Positions 39,223-51,041 are shown, counted from the first letter of the whole stretch. The stretch is 63,073 nt of DNA, filler included, from Octopus bimaculoides (GCF_001194135.2; 8 parts of 8 records of this genome joined end to end with filler, not necessarily neighbours in it), one strand, 5' to 3'. Made by a program: numbers and translations. The notes: generated from the sequence alone by a model not told the origin.

Positions 39223-40090
39223 AAACGTGGGTAGCTGATGAAGTAGAATGTTCTCTATGTGGCTCGTGTGTTTTCTCGTCTACGTTTGTTTGCAATGTCC
39301 TGTACCAAGATATGCACCTATACATACAGGTGGATGTCGGTATGCACATACCTGTACGTATATATGCATATACTCATTTACTATTTGTTTTTACATGATT
39401 GAACGCAGCGTCTTCCAACTGTAAGTAGTTTTCGTAAACTTATATCCTCCGACGCTACTCTATCTCTTTGTCTTTCTTTTTTCCCCCTCTCGTTCTTCCT
39501 CTGTTACTACTACGTATCTCCTTTTTCCCCCTCGTATTTCCTCTCTTTCTCTTTTCCTCTCGTTGCTCACCTATTCTTCTACTTCCTCCCTTTGTTTCTC
39601 CCTCTACCACTCTCTCTCTCTTCCCTTTACACCGGCATGGTCACATGCTTCCGGTCAATAATCCTTTCCTTCCTTGGCTTTGGCCGAGCAAACGCACGCA
39701 CCACTTTGTCCCTTTCAAGTTCGTGCGTCACAGCGTTCATACACACATAATTTTTCTCGTCTGGCCGTAAAGCCTTTTCTGTTTGTTTTCCTGTCTTGTT
39801 TTTTGTCCGCCACTACATTCCTCCATGGCTAGATTTAATTTGCGTATACAAATTTAATCTCCGGTCCATGGGATGAGCCGTTTTAACGATGCGTCCTGCC
39901 CGAAGCTCGTCGTAACGCCGGTGTTAAAACGTGGGTAGCTGATGAAGTAGAATGTTCTCTATGTGGCTCGTGTGTTTTCTCGTCTACGTTTGTTTGCAAT
40001 GTCCTGTACCCAGATATGCACCTATACATACAGGTGGATGTCGGTATGCACATACCTGTACGTATATATGCATATACTCATTTACTATTT

Positions 40091-40094
<4 letters not shown>
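39223..40094 (+). repeat. 168-bp direct repeats (39223-39390 and 39927-40094; period 704 bp) around a pyrimidine-rich core
   Basis: AAACGTGGGTAGCTGATGAAGTAGAATG...TACTATTTGTTT near-identical in both copies. Confidence 0.92.
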
Positions 40095-40130
<36 letters not shown>

Positions 40131-40727
40131 CAGCAGAAGAAGGAGGGTGACTCAGCGGCCGAGAGTGTCGTACATTTGCATTCGTCATCTAGTTTCTACT
40201 AATGGTGATTCTTGTATAGGAAACCTTTCCTTGAAATGTCCTGCTTCATTCTTGATGGAGCACATCTGACGTTTAACATTACAGAATAGTGGGTGTTCTA
40301 TTGTTGTCAGGTATACATCCAACCTAATAGTGAGAGCCTTGTAGTCTAGCACGAGTTGAACTTGGATTCACCTTCCGAAAGCTTTTGGTAGGAACTGTCT
40401 GTTGGTATCTACTTTCTGCTGGTGCATTCTTTTTTATGGTCATCATCTTTCTACTCTTGGTAACAATTCTCTTGACGTTATTTAATTTCTAAATGATGAT
40501 GTTGAAATTATATACTACCACAGATTTAGCAGCATTCATTTCAATGTTTAGTATCATTTGCAATTTCACTAGAACTAACTTTAGGTCATCACCTTCGTGT
40601 TTGAGCGTTGTATACGCCCAGATTTAGTTTCTCCATCAGGTATTTTTAATACAAGATGATTTAAATAGATTTTACATGTTACCATTTTTGTCGTGTTCAG
40701 AGAAGTGTAGTTTGTCAACGTGTCACA

Positions 40728-41130
40728 CTTACTCTTTTACTTGTTTCAGTCTTTTGACTGTGGACATGCTGGAGCACCACCTTTAGTCGAGCAAATCGAC
40801 CCCAGGACTTATTTTTTAGAAGCCTAGTACTTATTCTATCGGTATCTTTTGCCGAACCGCTAAGTTACGGGGACATAAACACACCAGCATCGGTTGTCAA
40901 GCGATGTTGGGGGGACAAACACAGACACACAAACACATACACACATACATATATATATATACATATATACGACAGGCTTCTTTCAGTTTCCGTCTACCAA
41001 ATCAACTCACAAGGCTTTGGTTCGCCCGAGGCTATAGTAGAAGACACTTGCCCAAGATGCCACGCTGTGGGACTGAACCCGGGACCATTTGGTTGGTAAG
41101 CAAGCTACCTACCACACAGCCACTCCTACG
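40728..41130 (-). mobile_element. SINE family A, full-length
   Basis: Reverse complement of 11189-11620. Confidence 0.93.
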
Positions 41131-41463
41131 CATACTTATTCACTTTCCTCGAACATTTTCGATTCTTTCTTTTGTTAGACTTTTCTTTTTGTACATTATG
41201 AAAAGTGACCTTTAGTTTCCTATATTCCTACATAGGTAGCAAAGTATTTGATCCCAGAAAGATAGCACACACGGAATCATCGTTCTTACATATTAACATA
41301 ATGAACAATGCAGTACGGCACTTAATTCTGAGTTGTCACATTTTAGGCGCTCGCTTTTTTGGCTACTTAACAGACCCGTGTCATTAATATTGTTATGGCT
41401 GCTGCTAGTATTATTATTATTTTTATTGTTATTATTATTATTATCATTATTATTAGCAGCAGC

Positions 41464-41504
<41 letters not shown>

Positions 41505-41511
<7 letters not shown>

Positions 41512-42015
41512 CGTCTTCTCTTGCAGTTCCTGATAATTAGATTATCAATGAAGAGCTGATCCTTCGTTCCTCGGCACCCTTTCTGTTCAATGGTTAGCAG
41601 TTCGTTTTTTTTCCAAGTATCAGTACAGTTTACCTTCTAACGCACTTGGCATTAGCGGAAGGTATGTTATTGGTCTAAATGTGTGTGGTCTATTTCCCTT
41701 TTCAGGATCTTTGGCACATAACAACGTATTTCCTTTTGTCCTCCAGCTGGGTTACTGCGCCTTCCTGCAATGACTCATCTAGTTATTGTACTATCCTTTC
41801 ATGGAGCCCTCTCAGTTTCTTCCTCCAATACCGTTGGACACATCCTGTCCTGGGCTGTTCCGATCTGGGAATTTCCTTAACTGCTTTTTTTATCATTTCT
41901 ATAGTTATCTTTATGCCTTCTTGGACTTCTGTACTTCTTAATCTATCTTGGATTTCATGCAGCCACACCGCATCTTCATTATAATCTACAGGTTGGTCCT
42001 AGATCCCTCACCTAT
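41505..42015 (-). mobile_element. R4/Dong-like non-LTR RT fragment (N-terminal RT motifs)
   Basis: ITIEMIKKAVKEIP...VQRYWRKKLRGLHERI, FRPITYLP, LEKNELLTIEQKGCRGTKDQLFID..IIRNCKRR. Confidence 0.85.
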
Positions 42016-42029
42016 TATTATTATTATTG

Positions 42030-42474
42030 AGTGAGAGAGCAGTGCTTGCCATCAAAGTGACATTGGGTAAAATATACGAAGCCAAGTATACCCATAATGA
42101 ATTCCCGCCTGATAAGGATACACCAGGAACAGTGCATGACCTTGCAGGTGGGGCTCAATTAGAATTTTCGTCAGTCGAGTAGTCCATCCCGCCTCAAAGG
42201 TCCCTGAATAAAGGTTAAGGATGTTGAAGGAAACACTCAGCACATGGGTTATGATGCTCCCCCACTACTTCTGCTCGTGATCAGAGATGCACCTATCGTT
42301 AGCCAATAAGGGACATGCTCAACTGGCTCAGGTCAAGCAAGTGACAAGCAATTCTGTAGTATCGAGCAGAATATTTGTTGCAGTCCATTTTTTATGCCAG
42401 GACAAAAAAATGTACACTTCCAATCAGTTAAGATGAGAAGCCATGAGAGCCACTGCCTGGTACTGCATCAAGGC

Positions 42475-42476
<2 letters not shown>
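42030..42476 (-). mobile_element. Retroposon family F, apparently full-length, flanked by (TAA)n on both sides
   Basis: Minus strand starts GCCTTGATGCAGTACC and ends CTCTCTCACTC-AATAATAAT; homologous to 31825-32200. Confidence 0.82.
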
Positions 42477-42544
<68 letters not shown>

Positions 42545-43000
42545 TGTATTCCTAAATGTTTGTATTTAGGAATCTAGTTCATTGATTCCTAAATATTTGT
42601 ATATCTAATTCTCTTATTTCATTGGCTTTATCTAGTGTGATGTCGCTAATCTTAACTAGTTTTCCTCTTTTCAGGATTGCTTTGGCACATTTTTCTAATC
42701 CAAATTTCATATCCATGTACTGTCTGTAGTAGTGTTTCCAGCTGTTTATCATTTGTAGCTTATAGTTTTATGTCATCCATACATAAAAGGTGGCTGACTA
42801 TTTTGCCGTAACATTTGTATCCGCACCCAGTTCGATTTAGCATGTCAGATAAACGTGTCAGTGCCAAGCAGAAAAGGAGTGGAAAGAGCGTGTCTCCCTG
42901 GAATATTCCTCTTCTAGCGGAGATGGCTTTGGTTTTCACGAGTCCCTCTTTTGTTAGGAGCTGGAGCACTGTCTGCCATTTATTCATAGAGTGTCTTATG
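42545..43000 (-). mobile_element. R4/Dong-like RT fragment (core motifs)
   Basis: RRGIFQGDTLFPLLFCLAL, VSHLLCMDDIKL, frameshifted MKFGLEKCA..LKRGK, KHLGIQ, then (TAA)n. Confidence 0.9.
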
Positions 43001-44129
43001 TATTTATTATTATTATTATTATTATTATTCAGTAGTTTTATTTTTATAGCGTNNNNNNNNNNNNNNNNNNNNNNNNNNNNNNNNNNNNNNNNNNNNTTAA
43101 TTAATTAANNNNNNNNNNNNNNNNNNNNNNNNNNNNNNNNNNNNNNNNNNNNCTATGTTCTACAATGCAGACTTCTGAATTGCGGTCTCTGTGGTCCATC
43201 AGGAGTGGGCTTTCTGCATGAAGGATATATAGTGAAGTGCCATCTAACATACTTAATGTAATATGTCTAAAAATATTCCTTTCATTAGTTGAAAATCGCA
43301 CCCGCCTTTAGTATTAACGGCAATTCTTCCCAAAAACACAAGGGAGGGAACTCTAAAATTAAAATTGACTAAACATTCAGTAAAGATATGCATGGAGGTA
43401 ACTATGTTCACATAACTCTTGTTAAACTTCATAAGCTAACTCACAAGGATGGCCACAAAATAAAAAATCTTTTCGACAACTTTCTTTTGAATAAAATTCT
43501 TTACTTACCCTCCGCCATTCCCCAAAACTATTCTGTTGCGATCATTCCAAGTCGCATTCCGAAATGTTAAACAGGTGTAACGGTTCCACTCGTCGATCGC
43601 TGCTCTCACCTGGGCCAGTTGAGCATGAGTAACTGTAGATATAAAATAAAACAAATAATAACAACAAGGTGTCTAACACCGCTTCAAACCCACTTTCTTA
43701 AAGATAGGGATTCAGTCGATTTCATCAATATCAGTAACTCAAAACTACTTGGTTTCATCGATCTCTGGAAGGACTAAAACAAAAGATAGTTTTGGTAGGA
43801 TTTGAACGTGGAAAGCAAAAAAAATACCGAAAGCTATTTTGTCTGACCGAAAGAACAAATAAAAAACAACAAAACATCGACGTCAAAGCGAGGGATTGAA
43901 CTCAGTACCGTATAATTGGTAACTATACTTCTCAAGAAGTTTAGTTATAAGATTCCAAGCACTAACATAATCATTGTGTGATCCTTGCTAATAAAGCGTG
44001 TTATTGACATTAGATCCCACTCCGGTTTAATTTAACTTTCATCCTTCTGGGGCTTTATAAAATTAAGTACTAAACAGTTACCGGGGAGAGTGAAAGATGA
44101 CTTTATGGTAAAGGTGAAACCCAAACCAG

Positions 44130-44570
44130 TTCCCTCGTTGATACGGTGTATACCTTCAGTACTGATATCAGAATGGAGCTCGGACTGAGAAAGTGTGGTG
44201 TGTTAGTCTTGAAGAGAGACAAAATGAAAAGTATAAACGGGCTAACGATACCGTCGGAGGAGGTTATGAAGAAGATAGAAGAGACGGGCTATAAGTACTT
44301 GGGGATTTTGGAAATGGATAAATTGATGGAGAAAGAAATGACAGAAAAATTTAAGGTGGAGTACTTGCGAAGACTGAGACTGATCCTTATGTCGAAATTT
44401 GAACGGACGGAATAAGATTGAAGCTATCAACACCTGAGCGGTTCCACTCCTTAGATATGGAGCAGGGGTAATTGTATGGACAGTAGACGAATTAAACAGC
44501 TTAGACAGAAAGACAAGGAAGTTGCTAACTAGATATGGGTCACTCCACCCAAAAAGTGACACAGACAGAC
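44130..44570 (+). mobile_element. R4/Dong-like RT C-terminal fragment (different subfamily)
   Basis: TFSTDIRMELGLRKCGVL, GYKYLGILE, EYLRRLRLIL, NKIEAINT*AVPLLRYGAGVI.W, LDRKTRKLLT..SLHPKSDTDRL. Confidence 0.9.
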
Positions 44571-44944
44571 TTGGAACCGCTCGAATACTCCGGAAGGTGT
44601 TCGAAAAATAAGAGGTGTTACCTTAGTTCACTGGTAGTGAACTGCTGACACCGTAGTACATCTCCAGCGTTAGAAGCTGTGCAAAGGCAATAGTAATAAT
44701 AAATAATAATAACTTTCGCACGCGCCATCAATTTTAGGGGAGGGATTTCATTATACAGTATTTAATTTAATATACAATGTTAATGAATATTCAATACTTA
44801 CAGTCATTTCGCAGTTGGTAAGGNNNNNNNNNNNNNNNNNNNNNNNNNNNNNNNNNNNNNNNNNNNNTTAATTAATTAANNNNNNNNNNNNNNNNNNNNN
44901 NNNNNNNNNNNNNNNNNNNNNNNTATATATATATATATGATGTA

Positions 44945-45410
44945 ACATCAGATCCCAAAACTTGTTGGCCTAAGGCCTCTCTAAAATATGGAGATGGAAA
45001 GGATCCTGATACTCAATGTCAACAAAGTGGACTGTCTGCCTTTGGCTATCGGTCGCCACTGACTCTGCCATCTTGTGGGTTCCAATAGGCCAGCAGGAAT
45101 TTCCTGAAATGTAAGCACGGTCCGTAGAACTCCATCTTGGATTTAAGGATGTTCTCTGCGTCGAGGGAATCCTTTAGGATCCTCGCCCGTTTCGCTATAT
45201 ACAATTTACAGCACTTGGTCCCGTTTATGTAGGGGCCAGGATTTTCTAGGATTCTCCATGATATTATGTATGGAATCCCGTCGTCTCTCAGATGCCATAC
45301 ACGGCTAGCTAATGACGTGACGTTTCTCTTCTCCGGTATTCTGAAAGAGGATTTGTGGTTGGAGAGCTGCTATTTGAATGAGTTCCCGGAACATCCGATG
45401 TATCTCCGGG
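44945..45410 (-). mobile_element. Penelope-like element 3' end (GIY-YIG endonuclease C-terminal half), pseudogene
   Basis: RYIGCSGNSFK*QLSNHKSSFR..RNVTSLASRVWHLRDDGIPYIISWRIL..PYINGTKCCKLYIAKRARIL..ENILKSKMEFYGPCLHFRKFLL; Naiad-like pattern from memory. Confidence 0.82.
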
Positions 45411-45713
45411 TCGGGTGTTAACGGTACTGTGTCTATTGGTGTTGACGTTGCTGCCACCGCTGTTACTGGAACCGGGGCTGTTGTTGCTGACGCTGTTCGT
45501 GTTGGCGTCATTGAAGGTGGCGGTAGTGTTTGTGCCGCTACTGCGGTACTGGTAAAGGTGCTGTTGCTGTTATTATGCCCATCGTCATTGATGGAAACGC
45601 TATCATTCCTGTTATAGATGTCATCAGTGATGTCAGCTGCTATTTCCATCAGGGATACTGCCGTTCCTGTTGTTGCTGCTTTTGTTGTTATCACTGGTGA
45701 TGGTACTGCCACC

Positions 45714-45995
45714 ACTGTAAATTACACATAGCGGATCGGGCGAGGATCCTAAAGGACTCCCTCGACCTAGAAAACAACCTTAACTCCAGAATGGAGGTCT
45801 TCCGACAGTGCTTACATTTCAGGAAATTACCGCTGGCCTATTGGAACTTACAGGATTGGCGATCGATAGCCAAAGGGAAACAATCCACTTTGTTGACATT
45901 GTGTATCAAGGTCTCTTCTTCCTCCATATTTTAGAGAGATCACACACAAGAGAGGCATTAAACCAACCGGTTTGGGATATCTGAGTACCTTATTT
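45714..45995 (+). mobile_element. Penelope-like element 3' end, shorter inverted partner copy
   Basis: CKLHIADRARILKDSLDLENNLNSRMEVFRQCLHFRKLPLAYW; aligns to the reverse complement of 44945-45215. Confidence 0.82.
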
Positions 45996-47991
45996 TGTTC
46001 CTAATATATATATANNNNNNNNNNNNNNNNNNNNNNNNNNNNNNNNNNNNNNNNNNNNNNNNNNNNNNNNNNNNNNNNNNNNNNNNNNNNNNNNNNNNNN
46101 NNNNNNNNNNNNNNNNNNNNNNNNNNNNNNNNNNNNNNNNNNNNNNNNNNNNNNNNNNNNNNNNNNNNNNNNNNNNNNNNNNNNNNNNNNNNNNNNNNNN
46201 NNNNNNNNNNNNNNNNNNNNNNNNNNNNNNNNNNNNNNNNNNNNNNNNNNNNNNNNNNNNNNNNNNNNNNNNNNNNNNNNNNNNNNNNNNNNNNNNNNNN
46301 NNNNNNNNNNNNNNNNNNNNNNNNNNNNNNNNNNNNNNNNNNNNNNNNNNNNNNNNNNNNNNNNNNNNNNNNNNNNNNNNNNNNNNNNNNNNNNNNNNNN
46401 NNNNNNNNNNNNNNNNNNNNNNNNNNNNNNNNNNNNNNNNNNNNNNNNNNNNNNNNNNNNNNNNNNNNNNNNNNNNNNNNNNNNNNNNNNNNNNNNNNNN
46501 NNNNNNNNNNNNNNNNNNNNNNNNNNNNNNNNNNNNNNTGTATATCTATGTATAAACTCCTATTATTGCTCTATATAATTCCTTGGGTACCAAAATAGCC
46601 TTATAAGTTTTTTTTTAGTCTATACGATTTCACTTCATACATACACCTACGTTAGTTCCGTAACCTTCCGTTACTCTTTACCTTCTCACTTTAACTTCGG
46701 AGGTTTCCTTTGATGTATAGGCTCCTACTATGTTTCTATAGGCTTCATCTAATTTATAGCTCCTATAGTTGGCAATATATACTCCTGCGTTGATTCTTTA
46801 CCCTTCCATGGTGAATTATATCCCCAGTTTGGATCCATAGGTTTGTTTGGATATACAGGTTCCCATAACATCCCTATATCTATACAGGCCTATAAGCCCA
46901 CGCGTTGACCTTCCATGTTCTAGAAGCTTCTTTGACTCTCTATGTCGCCAATTTGTCTCGTAACCCCTTCTGTGACTTTAAATGTTCCCGCGTTGGCACA
47001 GTGACTTTGCACAGCTCAAATCATTGCCCCTACTTTTTGATCCTCCAGACCGCCTTGTCTCTACACGTTCTCACGTTGGCGGGTGGTTCCTTTCCTTGAA
47101 AGCCGTCTTAACAATCTCCACGCTTAATTATGAAAACAAAATCATTATTAATGTTACTGAGCAGCTTCGACATTAAAACTTAAGGATTAACAAAACTGGT
47201 TAATCAAGCGGTTCAACAAATGCAATGAAGTTTAAATAAAAACAAAATATAAAAACATATTTTCGTAAAAAAAAATTTATATAAAATCAATGATATGAAC
47301 AACAATAACAACTACGAAATTTAATTAATTAATTAATTACAATAATAACAAACGGGAATGATAATCTACTAAAGCAATCAGCTGGCGAAACGAAAATAAA
47401 CTTAATAAGTAGGAGAGAATTATTTCCAGGATTTTATTTAAAATATTTCGGTTTAATCGATTACTGGTTGCGTTCCCATTCCATCACCTTTAAATATCTA
47501 TGGCATTGTGCCTCGCTGAAAAATCAATTTTTTTTTTCAAAATTTGCGGCATTTTTTTATATTCTTTTATGGTCTGAGTTCAAATCTAACCAAGATAATA
47601 TTTGTTATCGTCAATAATAGGGCCAAGACGCAAAATACATCAGAAGATTGTTCTACATATTGCTTTAAAATTATGGCACAAGGACAGCAGTTTCGGGAAA
47701 GGGGGAAAGTCGGTTCACATCGACTCCAGTGTTCAACTGGTACTTATTTCATCGGCGGAATTTGAACTCCGAACGTCAGGACAGACGTACCAACGATTCG
47801 ACCAGCTCACTGCCTCAAGATTGTTTTACATATTACAAACAGTCGATGGCATTTAACAATCAGCCTCTCTGAGCTGTAGGGAGATTCGCCTACTTTAGAA
47901 ATATACTTTCAAAGTGCATTCACATTAATAATGAAGTGAAGGCAAGGATAGTAAAACCTGGCTGTGCATTGGTGGGGGGGGGGAGCTGGTT

Positions 47992-48229
47992 TATTCTTTT
48001 ATTCTTTTACTTGTTTCAGTCACTTGACTGCGGCCATGCTGGAGTACTGCGTCTAGTCGAACAAATCGACCGCAGGACTTAGTCTTTGTAAGCCTAGTAC
48101 GTATTCTATCGGTCTCTTTTGCCGAACCGCTATTGTTACGGAGACGTAAACACACCAACATCGGCTGGGAGAACAGACACAAACATATGTGTATATATAT
48201 ATACATATATATATGTGCGAGGGGATTCT

Positions 48230-48275
<46 letters not shown>

Positions 48276-48301
48276 GACGGGCTTCTTTCAGTTTCCGTCT
48301 A
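47992..48301 (-). mobile_element. SINE family A, 5'-truncated
   Basis: Tail, (TA)n and CGACGGGCTTCTTTCAGTTTCCGTCTACC. Confidence 0.9.
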
Positions 48302-48430
48302 CCTTTAGAGCTACTTCAACGTCTGATGAGCCACCAACTCCCGCGTTTGGAGACGGAGTACAGCCACATCCTCAACACATAAGTGTTTACTTTTAAAATA
48401 AAGGATTCTAATATGCAGATTATCCTAAGA

Positions 48431-48875
48431 CGGTGAGCTTGCAGAATCGACAGCATGCAGTGCGAAATGCTTAGCAGCGTTTTGCCTGTCATCACGTTCT
48501 GAGTTCAAATTCTGGCAATGTCAACTTTGCCCTTCATCCTTTTTGCGTCGATAAAATAAGTACCAGTGAAACACTGGGGTCGATGTAATCGACTTAAACC
48601 CTTCCCCGAACTAGCTGACCTTGTGCTAAAACTTGAAATCAATATTTATATTATCCTAAAGTGGGGAGCTGGCAGAGTCGGTATGACGTAAGGCAAAATG
48701 CTTAGCGGCATTCCGTCCGCCGTCACGTCCTGAGTTCAAATTTTACCGATGTTCACTTTACCTTCCATCCTTTCTAGGTAGATAAAATAACTACCTGTGG
48801 AACACTGGGATCGGTGTAATAGACTTAACCCTCCATCGAAATTGCTGGCCTTGTGGAAAAATTTGAAATCACTAT
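48431..48875 (+). mobile_element. Two tandem copies of SINE family D
   Basis: GGTGAGCTTGCAGAATCG and GGGGAGCTGGCAGAGTCG heads; AAATGCTTAGC(A/G)GC; CTTT.CC.TCATCCTTT..GTCGATAAAATAAGTACC core. Confidence 0.88.
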
Positions 48876-49009
48876 TTAGATTATCCTATCAATTATTGAA
48901 TGAAACCTCCCTCTCGGGTTGTTTAAAATCTATTTTTGCTCATTGCTCTTAAATTTTGAGCATTCAATGGAGGGAGTTTTTGGCAACGAATAGCAGAGAT
49001 AATCTGGAT

Positions 49010-49300
49010 TAGTGGCAGTAAAGGGTGGTGATAGTGGTGATAGTGATGGTGCAGATGATGGTGATAGTAATGACGGTTGTGATGATGATGATGAGGAGGA
49101 GGAGGAGGATGAAGAAGAAGAAGAAGAAGAAGAAGAAGAAGAAGAAGAAGAAGAAGAAGAAGAAGAAGAAGAAGAAGAAGAAGAAAAAGAAGAAGAAGAA
49201 GGTGACTGTGGTAATGGTGGTGAGGGATAGGAGAGCAGTGGTGAGGGTGCTGGTGATAGTGATGGTTGTGGTGACGTTGGTGATGATGGTGCTGGTGCTG
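49010..49300. repeat. (GAT/GGT)n, (GAG)n and (GAA)n microsatellites
   Basis: Direct reading. Confidence 0.96.
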
Positions 49301-50719
49301 NNNNNNNNNNNNNNNNNNNNNNNNNNNNNNNNNNNNNNNNNNNNTTAATTAATTAANNNNNNNNNNNNNNNNNNNNNNNNNNNNNNNNNNNNNNNNNNNN
49401 ATGTCAGAAGAAAGTAATTCAACAACGCAGGTTGATGAACCGTAAGACGTGTGGCCAAAACCTCCTGGAAAATAACCATAGCGAGGGACATTCCACAGTT
49501 GAATTAGAACAGTCACAAACAGTGAAAGAAGACATGCACCCAACACCAGAGCTGAAGACACCTCCGAAAGGGGGTGGCCCCGCCACGTCAAAACGGTAGA
49601 GGAGTAGGGGCCGAAACCGGACGTGGTTCCTCCTGATGATGTCTTCAGCTAACTGGATCCTATAAAGGAGCTGTTGTGATAGCAGACCACGAAACATGGT
49701 TGAAATTCCTTCCTATCAGACCCCTGCATGGTCACGTTAGAAATAGAAAGTTGCCTGTCTCTTGCAACGCGCCAGCATGTCACTGTCGTTTTTTTCCACG
49801 CGGATGCACACGCACTCTGCATCAGTCACGCTCTGACTGGCATTTTCTGCATTCTGCGCACGCAATACGACACTGCTGTTCGGACTCACTTGAATAAATC
49901 CTGTTCTCCATGCATTTCCTTGGATTCTGTTTCCCGAGATGCACAATTTTCTCTATCTCTATATTGCATGCACACACATACGTTACAGAAGTTTGAACGT
50001 TGATCTTTCACTTTGGACCTGAAATATTTCATTTATTCCATTCTGTTTTCGTCAGTTTCTGACATTTTATGATGTTGACATCTTTGCTATTTTCATTATT
50101 GTATACCTTTACCGCTGCCTAAGGGGTTTATAGCTGTAGCTAAATAGTTGAATGAATACCCTTGCAAGAAAGATTATAGATTAACCTCTGTTTCTAAGTT
50201 TCTCGAAGCATCTGTGTCATGAGACGTGATTCTTAATTATTCAAGAAGCTTAGCGTTTCTCTTGGAAGCTTCTAGAATGTCTGGTGTTCCATTAATAAAA
50301 ACAGCTTGCTAACCCTGCTCTTCGCTTCTTAGTCGATTGGACTTAGAGCCATTCACAGCGTTGCTATGTCCGTCTATTTCTCTACACCACATGACTGAAA
50401 ACCACCACTAGCTGTTATTTCAACATTTTCTATCTCTGAACATTGTTGCATAGATTACTTCATTCAACTAGATTCTACATTTTGATTCAATGTATCATCA
50501 TCGACCAGTAAATAAAATATATTTTTATGTAGTAAATATATAGTTCTTGAATTTATTCTTCATCTCTATTTGAACTCTTGTACTACTATACGCGCAGTCA
50601 CATCGACAAATTGTACTGACTTTATATAACAATTATATATATATATATATATATGAATATATATAAATATGAATATATATAAATATATATATAAATATGA
50701 ATATATATATATATATATG

Positions 50720-50838
50720 TTAAGTAAAATAATATAACAAGGCCAAGACAATTTGATATCCTTAGGATATTTATAAATATTTATAAATGTCCTAGGAATA
50801 TCAAATTGCCTTGGCCATGTTATCTTATTTTATTTAAC
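50720..50838. repeat. Imperfect palindromic MITE-like hairpin with TTAA ends
   Basis: TTAAGTAAAATAATATAACAAGGCCAAGACAATTTGATAT.. / ..ATATCAAATTGCCTTGGCCATGTTATCTTATTTTATTTAA. Confidence 0.85.
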
Positions 50839-50942
50839 ATATACACGCTCACACACCTGCCTTAGACATCTCACTCATGCTATTATTGAACCGAGAGCTT
50901 AACAGCGCTCCTTCCGTAGCACTTACATAGCCTTACCTATTT

Positions 50943-50977
<35 letters not shown>

Positions 50978-50978
50978 C

Positions 50979-51038
<60 letters not shown>

Positions 51039-51041
51039 TTA

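Larger units (their letters stand above)
38630..39224. repeat. ~600-bp imperfect inverted repeat (arms ~240-290 bp, spacer ~55 bp)
   Basis: Ends TTGACCACTAAGTGGACA / TGTCCACTTAGTGGTCAA. Arms align throughout apart from an insertion of about 45 bp in the right arm. Confidence 0.95.

Noticed and set aside
40150-40720. Possible degenerate LINE RT on the minus strand
   Set aside because: Only vague DDL/KS-like words across frameshifts; not supportable without a profile search.
45305-45715. 136-aa Thr/Ala-rich ORF as a gene; selenocysteine recoding of the adjacent Penelope-like fragment
   Set aside because: Low complexity, and it runs out of frame into the endonuclease remnant. The in-frame stop in the remnant is TAG, not TGA, and I saw no SECIS.
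48322-48360. CTGATGAG as a hammerhead core
   Set aside because: No GAAA or NUH downstream; CGTCT/AGACG pairs over the core instead.
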